DNA from: an uncultured Desulfatibacillum sp.
GTDB taxonomy: Bacteria > Desulfobacterota > Desulfobacteria > Desulfobacterales > SpSt-501
DNA length: 64,000 bases
Assembly (NCBI GenBank): GCA_964570965.1
Contig: CAZNAX010000001.1
Span: 105,469 to 169,468 of the forward strand
Direction: 5' to 3'
Made by a program: the position numbers and the translations under genes. The notes under the pieces were generated by a model. The model ran no database searches. It saw nothing but the letters and a program-made list of their open reading frames with translations, and had not been told where the DNA came from. Shown here one piece after another: positions 42,020 to 51,593 of this stretch. Positions within the stretch are counted from its first letter, which is position 1. Each line of letters starts with the position of its first letter.

Positions 42020-42973
42020 ATGGCAGCCCCCGAGACAATTTGTGTCTATGCGAAGGACGAGAATGATGATCCGCTTGTTGGAGTTCTAGTCAGATTCTTT
42101 GATGGATCGGACAACTTCATAACACAGCAGATCACATCACTAGTAGGCGTTGAGGCCTATGCAGAGGTTACTCTCGATGGGGATAGCCCCTCAATTGAAT
42201 ACACGATCAGATTGAGTAAGATCGGCGTTTCATTCGACGGTACTCTTGGCAATGACAGCAAGACGCCTCAGTCGATCGATGTCTACTCACCACCGTCGCT
42301 ATCACCGACAGGAACAAACAACTTTGAGGTGCAGGGTCAAACATACTCTAGGCCAGCTGCAACTGATCCGCGTACATGCAGATGCTCTGGGTACTTTGTT
42401 GATCACCGAGGTCAGCCTCTCAGGAATCTTGAGATGCACTTCATTGCACTGTGCCTGAACGACGGTCAGTCTCCATGGAATCCACTGATCGTTGATGGAA
42501 AAGGTGTGCTCAGTACGAAGATCTATTCCAAGACCGACTCACGTGGTTACATGGAGATTGATCTCTTCCGTACAGGTGTCTATCAGGTATTGGTGCAGGG
42601 TATAGAGACATCCAATCGTGTGGTGAAAGTTCCAGATGCTCCTGGAGTGAACATCGTTGATCTGCTGTTCCCGGTTGTAGAAGAGGTAACTTTCTCGACC
42701 AATCCAGTAACTATTCCTCGGAGCACTTACATTGATCTTGATGTGAGTGTTGTGGCTACTGATGGGCAGGTATTGCTACTCTCCGGCAGTGATGTCATCT
42801 TCGAGAGCCAGAATCTTGGTGTTGCCATCGTGCAGATCGTTGACAACAAGCTACGAATTATGGGAACAGGTGTGGGGACGACTACAGTGACGGCAAGGAG
42901 AGCGGACACCAGTACAGTCACTATCCCCACGCAGCCAGTGATGTACATTCCGCTTTCGGTGACAGTAAGTTGA
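42020..42973 (+). CDS. virion protein with a C-terminal bacterial Ig-like (Big_2-type) domain
   Basis: SQNLGVAIVQIVDNKLRIMGTGVGTTTVTARRAD fits Big_2. The N-terminal segments resemble carboxypeptidase-regulatory-like beta sandwiches. Confidence 0.65.
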   Translation: MAAPETICVYAKDENDDPLVGVLVRFFDGSDNFITQQITSLVGVEAYAEVTLDGDSPSIEYTIRLSKIGVSFDGTLGNDSKTPQSIDVYSPPSLSPTGTNNFEVQGQTYSRPAATDPRTCRCSGYFVDHRGQPLRNLEMHFIALCLNDGQSPWNPLIVDGKGVLSTKIYSKTDSRGYMEIDLFRTGVYQVLVQGIETSNRVVKVPDAPGVNIVDLLFPVVEEVTFSTNPVTIPRSTYIDLDVSVVATDGQVLLLSGSDVIFESQNLGVAIVQIVDNKLRIMGTGVGTTTVTARRADTSTVTIPTQPVMYIPLSVTVS

Positions 42974-42979
42974 TCTATA

Positions 42980-43369
42980 ATGGATATGGCAGAGGATTAT
43001 CTGAAGAGGCAGGCAGAGCAGGAAGCAGTCAAGAGCCTCTGCCGAAGCCTAATCGTTAGAGCCCTACGCGACTACGTAACCTACAAAAAAGCGAACAAGT
43101 CCGGTGAGCATAAGCTTTTCTCTGAAGCTAGCGAGTGGATCTTCAACGGATACCAGATCGATCCACTACCGCATACAGATCCAATAGTCATAAAAGGGTC
43201 TCTGTCTCAAGATGAAGCACGTAAAGAGCTTTTAGAGCTTGATAGGCTCATGAGCTTCGAGTCTGTTTGTGCTATCCTCGGGTGGGATGCCAATCTGGTA
43301 CGTAAACGAGTGAAGGTGCTAACTCAGGCTGACCTTGATCGAATTGGGCCGAGTCTGATGGACTTGTGA
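42980..43369 (+). CDS. hypothetical protein
   Basis: 129 aa. Confidence 0.6.
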   Translation: MDMAEDYLKRQAEQEAVKSLCRSLIVRALRDYVTYKKANKSGEHKLFSEASEWIFNGYQIDPLPHTDPIVIKGSLSQDEARKELLELDRLMSFESVCAILGWDANLVRKRVKVLTQADLDRIGPSLMDL

Positions 43370-46300
43370 TCGTGAGCTATTCTAGTGATGAGAGGGACGC
43401 AGCGGTCTCTGGGTTGGTGCAAGGTACTCTATCCTTCCCTGTTGATCGCCTTGGTGTCAGAGATCAGCCAGCTCCATTTGAAGAAGTTAGGGAGCTGACC
43501 AACTCTGCATTCTTGTATGATCCAGACGCCGTCTTCTACATCATCAATCAAGCGGCTAAGGCGCTCGGCAATACAGTTCAGGCAGAGGTGACAATCTGTA
43601 CTGACCTGTTGAACGCCGTAGATGATCTAGCCATGCCGTACAAGCCAATCAATGATGTGTCTTCTCTATCTGACGCGGCCACCTCGCTCAGTGTCATGCA
43701 GGGAGCACTCGAGCGGAAAGGTGTAATAGGTCCGTCTGAGTACGGTAGGTACAACGCTGCGATAGGAAGAGCGGCGGAAGACATAGGTAGGACTGCTAGG
43801 ATGACCTATGTCCCTCGAGGTAGCACTCAGGTTGTGAAGGATGTGGTGCGAAGCAGTTCAGAGGCCAAGAACGAAGTGCTATCTCTGTTTCAGAGTCTAA
43901 AGAGTGAACATGAGAATCTGATAGAGCGTATAGGCTACATACTGTCCTCCTACGATCAATTCCTATCTGCGAACATTGCAGGAGCTGTGGGCCAACGTCA
44001 GCTGTCTAGGGCTTGTTCAGAAATGAGACAGCTGCACTCAGATTTGAATGTGCTGACACCATCACAACGAACAGCGACGGCTAGAAGATCATTGCTGCAG
44101 GTGCTGGCAAACAGGAGCGTCGTACGAGCGTTGAGAGATAGAGTACTACCTGGAGCTGCTCGAGTATCTCAAGAGTCTGGAGCTCCAGCGCAGTACAGAC
44201 TCTCTCCGTACGGTATAGGGACTCCAGCTAGAGTTGGTGGAGAGATCAGTGCACCTTGGGCTATCCAGGGTAGTCATAGCGACCGCCTTCGTGGAAACTA
44301 CAATGGCACAGTTGTAGATGTAGATCTTGTGGATGGCACACTATCAGGCATAAGCGGTGTGCAGCAGGCTATCGTATATGGATTTGCCGAGGGTAATTTC
44401 GCAATTCATGGAGACATTGCCACACCATATGATCTCTATTCCAATGTTGAACCGTTCAATGTTCCGGCAGATCCGTCAGGCAAGGGAGTCTTCCAGGTTG
44501 TAGTAGACGGAGTGTTCTACGAGTGCCAGCTAACAGCTGGTGCAGGAAGAACAGCGGCTCAAATTAGATCTGATCTTACAACACCGGGAAACTGGCTATC
44601 ACCAGGTGTACCTCCTTTGAGCTTTCCCGCTGCCGGTGCGGTGGTCAAGATCGTGTATAACAATCCAACACCACCAGTGTCCTACTCGGAGCGAGAAGTT
44701 GAAGTAGTGAACGGATACCTAGCCGTATCTACTCCACCAAATAGCATGTGGCCGTGGGTTGTTGACGATCCTAGCGGTCCAGTTACCGAAGATCGTTCAT
44801 TTGGATGGAATGCCAACAACGAGCTGTGGATACATCCAAACGACTACGACGACTTCATTACGAATCCGATCGTTGTAACACTACCGGACGGATCCTTTCC
44901 TGACTTCTTGATCACACCGGCACAGGTAAAAGCGGCAATTGATGCCGCTGCTACAGTTTCCTCTGAAGAGTTTGAGGGAATTGTAAATGGATCCAGAATT
45001 GCCGTAGCCTCTACCTGGCAACGAGTAGTGAACGGAACTACTGTGGATGGCGGAGAAGGATCGATCATCACGATTAGGAGCGCTGGCATTCGTGATCTAT
45101 CCGATCCTACTGGGCGTAGTGGTTACGGCACGCCCAGTTTTCTGGGTATTCGCACTCTTGGGTTTTCTGATGGGCAGTACTCACGCGAATCAGATGTGAG
45201 CGGTCAGGCTGTTATAAAAGCTCTCAATCAGAGTACCAGCTTTGCTGCTCAAGTCAGGTCTTCACTGATCAAGCAGTCCTACTTTGAAAGTACCGAAGGT
45301 ATTTGGAGCGCAAGCGGCTCACTACGTAAGCTCCAGAGTTCTGATCCAACTACTGGGTGGCCCGTAGCATCCAAGTTGAAAGTGGCGATAAAAGCTGGAG
45401 AGAATAGAGGTATCTACGGACTGGTCTCCTACACCTGGACCAACATGGGAGGATCTGACTACCTTGTACTCATCCTAGATCGTAGAATGCGATCAGAAGA
45501 GCCAACGATCAGTCAGCACTTTGAGGTCTATTCAGAGTTCATTCAGCTTGAATCACTGGTGGATACAACAGCGAGTAAGATTGATCTAGAAGATCCAGTT
45601 ACAATACCGCCTACTACAGCTCGTAAAGTATTGGGGCTATCCCAGTCTCCCTATTACGGATCCGTAAACGAGATGTTCATAGAATGGAATGACCCAGAAA
45701 CTGGGTGGAAGCCATTCAATGCTCACTCGCGAAAGATCAAAGTGGGGGACAAAGTACGAAGCAACGGAGTAGAGATTACAACAGTCTCCTCCGTATCCGA
45801 CGTAGAAAGCGGACTAATCAGAGTTGATCCAGAAGTGTCAGATCCTGTTTCCTACTCAGCGTTCTCCATAGAGTCAGCGGACTATTTGGCGTATCAAGAG
45901 TTCATCGATAGCCTTGAGACCTGGTGGGCAGCGTTTCCATACAAGGAGAATCTAGACTCTCTGGATCGGCTAATCAATACTGTTCTACGTAGCCAGCCGA
46001 ATAATGATCGCGTGAGTTCAGTCTACAATGCTGTCAGCGATCTACGCAATGAACTCACCGGGGTGGATTCAGTAGACGAATTGATCCAGTCATTTTCGGT
46101 CAGAGAAGTTCCTGCCGCTAGCTCAGCTACAAGAGCGCTTGCTGATAGAGGACTAGATCGAGCACGAGAGCTTCTTCTGCAAGGACGCTTCGAGGAATTC
46201 TTTGGAACCACGTCTCGTACTGCTTCTCATGGTGGTGCTTTCTTGGATGCCGCTACAACGGCTGTGGTTCAGGATTTGAACGAGAACAATGCAGCTAGAG

Positions 46301-46455
46301 CACGCTTCAGTGCTGTATACAAAAGAAGGGCCGGAGATTGGACTGAAGATGTTGATCCTTCAACCAACTTCACGGATACAGAAGAGGATCTTCCAGAGGA
46401 TGTTCTCGAGGAGTACTGGCCTGGTGTAGACGAGGAAGTGCAAAGTGAGCACTGA
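43366..46455 (+). CDS. giant virion protein (1029 aa); its position upstream of gp25-like/J-like genes is compatible with a baseplate hub/spike component
   Basis: Uninterrupted ORF; GTG start overlaps the upstream stop; no motif recognised. Confidence 0.7.
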   Translation: MIVSYSSDERDAAVSGLVQGTLSFPVDRLGVRDQPAPFEEVRELTNSAFLYDPDAVFYIINQAAKALGNTVQAEVTICTDLLNAVDDLAMPYKPINDVSSLSDAATSLSVMQGALERKGVIGPSEYGRYNAAIGRAAEDIGRTARMTYVPRGSTQVVKDVVRSSSEAKNEVLSLFQSLKSEHENLIERIGYILSSYDQFLSANIAGAVGQRQLSRACSEMRQLHSDLNVLTPSQRTATARRSLLQVLANRSVVRALRDRVLPGAARVSQESGAPAQYRLSPYGIGTPARVGGEISAPWAIQGSHSDRLRGNYNGTVVDVDLVDGTLSGISGVQQAIVYGFAEGNFAIHGDIATPYDLYSNVEPFNVPADPSGKGVFQVVVDGVFYECQLTAGAGRTAAQIRSDLTTPGNWLSPGVPPLSFPAAGAVVKIVYNNPTPPVSYSEREVEVVNGYLAVSTPPNSMWPWVVDDPSGPVTEDRSFGWNANNELWIHPNDYDDFITNPIVVTLPDGSFPDFLITPAQVKAAIDAAATVSSEEFEGIVNGSRIAVASTWQRVVNGTTVDGGEGSIITIRSAGIRDLSDPTGRSGYGTPSFLGIRTLGFSDGQYSRESDVSGQAVIKALNQSTSFAAQVRSSLIKQSYFESTEGIWSASGSLRKLQSSDPTTGWPVASKLKVAIKAGENRGIYGLVSYTWTNMGGSDYLVLILDRRMRSEEPTISQHFEVYSEFIQLESLVDTTASKIDLEDPVTIPPTTARKVLGLSQSPYYGSVNEMFIEWNDPETGWKPFNAHSRKIKVGDKVRSNGVEITTVSSVSDVESGLIRVDPEVSDPVSYSAFSIESADYLAYQEFIDSLETWWAAFPYKENLDSLDRLINTVLRSQPNNDRVSSVYNAVSDLRNELTGVDSVDELIQSFSVREVPAASSATRALADRGLDRARELLLQGRFEEFFGTTSRTASHGGAFLDAATTAVVQDLNENNAARARFSAVYKRRAGDWTEDVDPSTNFTDTEEDLPEDVLEEYWPGVDEEVQSEH

Positions 46456-46780
46456 TCGCGAACAGAGAGATCAAACTGCTGTAGATCAAATACGAAAAGC
46501 TTTGGCAGAAGGCTTTGCTTACGTACGTGGAGCGGAAGTACGTGGTGGTATTGCCACTCTCACGTTCGATGAGATGCTTGCTCGTTCCATTCAAGAGATC
46601 GACACTGATGAAACGGATATCCGTATATCGAAGCTTTCCGCTGTTCGAGCGGTGAGACAGGGTGTCCGCGATGCTGTAGAACAGACAAGACGCATGCCTC
46701 CTGAGATGTTTGCGCTGAATAATGCCAGTGAAGCGACAAACACGAATGAGGATGGCAGCGAACCTGATTTGGAGGCATAG
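46445..46780 (+). CDS. hypothetical protein
   Basis: 111 aa. Confidence 0.55.
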   Translation: MSTDREQRDQTAVDQIRKALAEGFAYVRGAEVRGGIATLTFDEMLARSIQEIDTDETDIRISKLSAVRAVRQGVRDAVEQTRRMPPEMFALNNASEATNTNEDGSEPDLEA

Positions 46781-46782
46781 CA

Positions 46783-47436
46783 GTGGTTGATCTTCAAGTC
46801 ATAGAGATGAGGGACATCCTAAGAGTAACTGGAGTCACCTTCGTCCCAAACTTTTCGCCATCAACTCTCATTGTTCATGGAAAAGATCTAAACGAGGCCT
46901 ATGAGGTCTACATCAATGAGCGTAAGTCTCCCAGTGTTGTAATATCCAGTAGTGAAATACTATTGGCACAGGTTCCTGAAACAGAAGACGGAGCTCCTAT
47001 AAGATCTATCGTAGTCATAAGCTCGAAGCTACGTAAGATCGAGAGGAGCAAGATCATGTTCCGCTTCGGGGATAGTCCCAAGTCTGTGGACGGTTTTGAG
47101 CGGCTGATCCAAACATTCTTGAAGATTATGCTCCAGTCTACGAATACTGATATCTTCTCTCCCAAACTGGGTGGCAATCTTCTTTCTGCTGTTGGCAAGT
47201 TGATAGGTGATCCATCTACTCAGAGTCTAACCACTGATTTTGCCCTGTCTGTCACTAGGGCTAGGCAGCAAATCATGGCTCTACAGGTTGGAGACCCTAC
47301 TTTGAATCTCAACGAACGACTGGCTTTTGCGAAGGTGCTAGAGGTGAAGTTCGTGCCAAATGAGCTTGCCTTGTTGGGTAGAATACACCTAGGCAATCAA
47401 GCTGGCCGTCAATCTGATGTTGGTGTGGGGTTGTAA
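46783..47436 (+). CDS. baseplate wedge gp25/GPW-like protein (tentative) with an N-terminal Ig/TIG-like segment
   Basis: FERLIQTFLKIMLQSTNTDIFSPKLGGNL resembles the GPW_gp25 core. It lies immediately upstream of the J-like gene. GGAGG SD before GTG 46783. Confidence 0.5.
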   Translation: MVDLQVIEMRDILRVTGVTFVPNFSPSTLIVHGKDLNEAYEVYINERKSPSVVISSSEILLAQVPETEDGAPIRSIVVISSKLRKIERSKIMFRFGDSPKSVDGFERLIQTFLKIMLQSTNTDIFSPKLGGNLLSAVGKLIGDPSTQSLTTDFALSVTRARQQIMALQVGDPTLNLNERLAFAKVLEVKFVPNELALLGRIHLGNQAGRQSDVGVGL

Positions 47437-47438
47437 TC

Positions 47439-50400
47439 ATGGCGATCACTGATTGGAGACTGTTCATCCAGGAGCGACTGCGGGCTTATCAGTCGGATAT
47501 CAACCTCAACACAGGATCACCAGCGACCGTTCAAGTTGTCGATCCCATAGTCAATAGGTTGTCTCCTGATCCTATAGAAACCAAGCTGCTTACTTTCATC
47601 ATGACTAGGTTGCAGCAAGAGCATCCGATGCTCTATGCCAGAGAAGGATCCACGATTATGGATCTTCTCGTGAAGCCCAATCTAGTTCTGATCGAGCCTG
47701 TGCGCCGTGAGATAAACAGCGTAAAAAGTCAGCTAACGCTGCTGTACCCAGAGCTTCTTAGTGCTGATGAGGCGGATGCTCTGATAGCTAACTTCTTCAT
47801 CACGAGGAAGCTGGGAGACTACGCAAGGGTAAAGGTGCGTCTGTACTTCCAGAACCCGGTGTCGGTGAACATCGGAACGGCAAACGTAGCATTCACAGCT
47901 CGAGGATTGCGATTTCTACCAACGAGAGCGCAAAGCATTACAGCTGAGGGAATGCTGACCAACTGGGATGGCAACCTCTACTACTTTGACGTGAACTACG
48001 TTGCTGAACGAGCAGGCACCTCATACAACATCGCTGCCAGTGAGGTCATAGGTGTTACTGGAATATCAGCAGCAACGAGGGCTACCAATCTTGCCAAAGC
48101 GAATCCGGGAAGTGACGAAGAGACCACGAACCAATTTGTTTCTCGTGCAGAGAGATCACTTGGAGAGAGGTCGCTCACTACAGTTCCAGGAATAGTTTAT
48201 CAGCTATTTGATCAATTCCCGGCCTTGACCATTCTTCAGATCATAGGCTTCAACGATCCGGAGATGCAGCGTGATGTGATCACTGGAGGAAATCTCGGCT
48301 CAGTAGTCGTGTTTGGGAATACGGGTGTCACAGTAAATGATGGAGATGCCGACGGCTACACGTGGATTTTCTCCGATCCGGCAGCCAGCTTCACCACTCA
48401 GTTTGGTCCTGTAGGCACAGATATCTCTGGATATACACTGACTGCCTGGTACATCGATGGTGCGTTGTTGACTCCACATGATATCAAGTTGAGTCAAGTG
48501 CTGGGCGCCAGTCAAGTAAGCATTGATCCAGATCTGAGTGGAACAAGTAGACTTCCAGATGCACTGACTAATGTGATCTGGACCATTAGGGAAAGAGCGA
48601 CGCTGACACTTTCTGGAATACCAGGTGGAATACTGTTCACATCATCTACTGGCGGGGAGGTCAGTGTTCCGGACGGAGTTGTCCACGTTGGCGGTTGCAC
48701 TGATTTCTACGTTCGTGGTGGTGACATTGTAGACGGCTCTCTGTCCGTAGAACTTGTGTCCGATCAGGATGTGCTAGCTAGAAGGGAAGACGCACATACT
48801 ACCAACGGATCATCTACTGTGGTACTAAACGATCTAACTGCGGCAGAATTTGCTTCAGTAATTGAGGGGGACTCTTCGCTCTACCTAGAGGAAGGATCTG
48901 ATCAGGGATCGTACAGGATCATAGAGAAGGTATCCGGCGGTCCTCCCTACTCAGTACGTCTACGCGATGAGATGACAGCCAACGCTACTAATGTTTCCTA
49001 CACGATAGTAGACGACATCGACATTGATCTACTTGATCCGAAAGACACTAGGTATGAAGGATCTGATCTGAGAACTATCGCTGGCTCTCCAATCATCGAT
49101 ACGGTCAGTGGTACTCCGGACTTTGTAGATGTTGGCGTCACTGATGAGGACATCGTAGAGATCCTCAATGGGTCTGACGTCGGTGAGCATACCATCGCTT
49201 CTGGTGGCGTAGCAGCTGGCCAGATAACTCTCAGTTCGGATATGACTGTCACTGAATCGCCACTTCAGTACAGGATCTTTCATCGTAAGAGCGGTATCTC
49301 TTTGCCACTGCTGCGTGTCAAATCCGTTGAAAGATTGGATAGTGGTCTAGAACCTACTGGGGAGATGATCCCATTCCGACATCCTGTGGACATCCAATCG
49401 CGGAGCTTCCAGAACCCAGGGCGTGAGGCCACAGTAGGAACCTATATCGATGTAACTGAAGGATCATACTTCAGGGCGTCTTCTGGATCAAAGATTTTGA
49501 CTGCTATTGATCTAGCTGGAGGCGCTACTGGTTTCGACTTCTGGACACTTGGTGTTCGTCCTGGTGATCTAGTGAACATAAACAGCACGGACAATCAGGG
49601 TTACTACACCGTAGAGCTAGTTGGCGTACCTGGAGGACTAAGTGCCGATCAGATTCAGGTTACCACTGCTATGCGATGGAGTACCGTTGCCGGACAGGAT
49701 ATGATCTATGAGATTGGTGGGCCATCTTACGGCTCTTTCCGTCTCTACTTCCTTGATCCAGTAACATTCGAGGTAAGCTACTCCAATACCATATTCTCTG
49801 TTACGGTTGATGGCGTATCTAGAAGGTTCAGACCTGATCCAGAAATTCACGCACAGTACCTTCCCACAGACGTTACGATACCAACAGTCTTGATGACGGC
49901 GACATCGGATGATGTGAGTCCATATACGGTGGGTGGAGCGGATACAATTGATCTACGAATACACCAGATCGATGTCGGAGATCTAGCTGAAATCTCGTAC
50001 GCTCCGATCATTGGCTCTGCTGATCTATCAGCTGGTGCCATAAATCTAGACGGCAAGCGTATCAAAATAGATGTCGGTTACGGAACTGAAACGATCTACT
50101 TCTCTGGAACCTCTTTGGGAGCTGACGAGATCGTTGCTCAGATGAATGCGCAGCTGTCGCGTGAGGTAGCAGCCAAGTACAATGCTCCAGCTCCAGCAAC
50201 GACAATTCATGCGATGCTGAGAGCGGACATTCCGATCTCGCTCATTTCAGATGGAGCTCTAGCTGATGCTACACAGCTCGTGTTCGGTGTCTCACGAGCT
50301 ACGTGGCATCCGTGGCTGGCTGGATCCTTTGTGAGTAACACTACGCAGAATGATGCTCCCGACAAGGGTCTCTATCTCGTTCAGTCGATCGGGTCGTATC

Positions 50401-51227
50401 CACCAGGATCAATACAGTTGATGAACACTGATGGTAGTGCCTGGACTGCTACCTACACGATCCACGAAAGTAGGGGTCCATACCTCAGGATCAGCCACAA
50501 CGGTATGCAGCGTATCAGCTCCACTGCCATGTCAACTCAAAAGGATGATCTTGGCTTCTACTACTTTGACGTAGAGTGTGTCAGTGAGGGGTTTGGTACT
50601 CCGTGGAATATCAATGCCGATCTTCAAGCAACTGTTGAAGATTATAGATCGGAAGGATGGGAGATTTCTGTAGAAGACGAAAACCTATCTTACTCGATGG
50701 CTGAGCATCCGTGGCTGCACATAAGCCCCAGAATACTGGTTGCTGGTAACGAGGACGACGAGGCGAATAAGATCGAACTGACAGGAAATAACATTCAGGT
50801 AGTGTATGAGCGAGATACTCTTGTGCAGGATATCAACAGCTACGTTACAGACACACAGACCCGAGTCATCTGTCAGAGTCCTCTCGCTAAGTCACTCTTC
50901 CCCAAGTTCGTCAGAACAGCAATCATATATCGAGGAGGTGGGCAGGTTCGTGATGTGCGAGCCTCCATCGCAGCTCACATCGAGTCTGTGCTCCCAGAAC
51001 AGCTGCTCGAAGTGTCAGACATCTCCAAGATCATCACCGATACTGGAGCGTCGTACGTTCGTTCTCCGATAACTCTGGTCGGCATAGGACACAACGCTGA
51101 CAGGTCAATCTCGGTTGAGCGTGGAGTAGACACGATATCATCTGGACGATTGTCAGCTCTGCTACCAGACGACGATGAGACAACAGCAGACGGGGCGAGC
51201 TATATAGGACTGACCAGGATCATTTAG
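47439..51227 (+). CDS. Baseplate_J-like (gp6/gpJ family) baseplate protein, extended to 1262 aa
   Basis: YARVKVRLYF..VNIGTANVAFTARGLRFLP ... YVAERAGTSYNIAASEVIGVTGISAATRATNLAKANPGSDEETTNQFVSRAERSL follows the Baseplate_J pattern. Confidence 0.7.
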   Translation: MAITDWRLFIQERLRAYQSDINLNTGSPATVQVVDPIVNRLSPDPIETKLLTFIMTRLQQEHPMLYAREGSTIMDLLVKPNLVLIEPVRREINSVKSQLTLLYPELLSADEADALIANFFITRKLGDYARVKVRLYFQNPVSVNIGTANVAFTARGLRFLPTRAQSITAEGMLTNWDGNLYYFDVNYVAERAGTSYNIAASEVIGVTGISAATRATNLAKANPGSDEETTNQFVSRAERSLGERSLTTVPGIVYQLFDQFPALTILQIIGFNDPEMQRDVITGGNLGSVVVFGNTGVTVNDGDADGYTWIFSDPAASFTTQFGPVGTDISGYTLTAWYIDGALLTPHDIKLSQVLGASQVSIDPDLSGTSRLPDALTNVIWTIRERATLTLSGIPGGILFTSSTGGEVSVPDGVVHVGGCTDFYVRGGDIVDGSLSVELVSDQDVLARREDAHTTNGSSTVVLNDLTAAEFASVIEGDSSLYLEEGSDQGSYRIIEKVSGGPPYSVRLRDEMTANATNVSYTIVDDIDIDLLDPKDTRYEGSDLRTIAGSPIIDTVSGTPDFVDVGVTDEDIVEILNGSDVGEHTIASGGVAAGQITLSSDMTVTESPLQYRIFHRKSGISLPLLRVKSVERLDSGLEPTGEMIPFRHPVDIQSRSFQNPGREATVGTYIDVTEGSYFRASSGSKILTAIDLAGGATGFDFWTLGVRPGDLVNINSTDNQGYYTVELVGVPGGLSADQIQVTTAMRWSTVAGQDMIYEIGGPSYGSFRLYFLDPVTFEVSYSNTIFSVTVDGVSRRFRPDPEIHAQYLPTDVTIPTVLMTATSDDVSPYTVGGADTIDLRIHQIDVGDLAEISYAPIIGSADLSAGAINLDGKRIKIDVGYGTETIYFSGTSLGADEIVAQMNAQLSREVAAKYNAPAPATTIHAMLRADIPISLISDGALADATQLVFGVSRATWHPWLAGSFVSNTTQNDAPDKGLYLVQSIGSYPPGSIQLMNTDGSAWTATYTIHESRGPYLRISHNGMQRISSTAMSTQKDDLGFYYFDVECVSEGFGTPWNINADLQATVEDYRSEGWEISVEDENLSYSMAEHPWLHISPRILVAGNEDDEANKIELTGNNIQVVYERDTLVQDINSYVTDTQTRVICQSPLAKSLFPKFVRTAIIYRGGGQVRDVRASIAAHIESVLPEQLLEVSDISKIITDTGASYVRSPITLVGIGHNADRSISVERGVDTISSGRLSALLPDDDETTADGASYIGLTRII

Positions 51228-51552
51228 TTGATAGTATGGGAATCCTGGGGCGTACTTGGGCCAGGTTTCCCATCTCCAGGAGCAGACCCGAGAATGGATC
51301 AAATAGGCAGCTACAATCTGCGCATCGACACAGGAATTTGGGGATTGGACGAGAACTTCGTGATGTCACGCTTCCATCCTCAAGTACCTCGATGTCATTT
51401 TCCAGGTTGCGCTCCTTGATGGTGACTCCTCCGCAGCGGGGGCAAGAGGCGTCGTTGTATATTTGTTGATCAGCTTCTACTAGAGGAGTAAGAAGATCTA
51501 CTTCTTGATCAACAATGGCTTTGAGTAGCTTTTGGTCCATCTCTTGAAACAT
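51220..51552 (-). CDS. zinc-ribbon protein encoded antisense to the structural operon
   Basis: CPRCGG ... CRCADCSC. ATG at 51552 (the track starts at TTG 51555). The 3' end overlaps the stop of the J-like gene by 8 nt. Confidence 0.55.
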   Translation of the reverse strand: MFQEMDQKLLKAIVDQEVDLLTPLVEADQQIYNDASCPRCGGVTIKERNLENDIEVLEDGSVTSRSSRPIPKFLCRCADCSCLFDPFSGLLLEMGNLAQVRPRIPILSTK

Positions 51553-51560
51553 CAAGGTCT

Positions 51561-51568
51561 AGTATACT
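51561..51568. promoter_or_regulatory. palindromic AGTATACT giving a TATACT -10-like hexamer on both strands
   Basis: Centre of the 41-nt spacer between ATG 51552 (-) and ATG 51594 (+). The minus-strand hexamer ends 8 nt before that ATG. Confidence 0.3.
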
Positions 51569-51593
51569 TGGGGGAAGGTTTGGGTAATAGAGT

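Noticed and set aside
42976-42981. Consensus TATAAT overlapping the start codon of gene 42980
   Set aside because: It lies inside a tightly coupled operon with no -35 or TG extension, and using it would remove the gene's own start codon. It is probably a chance occurrence.
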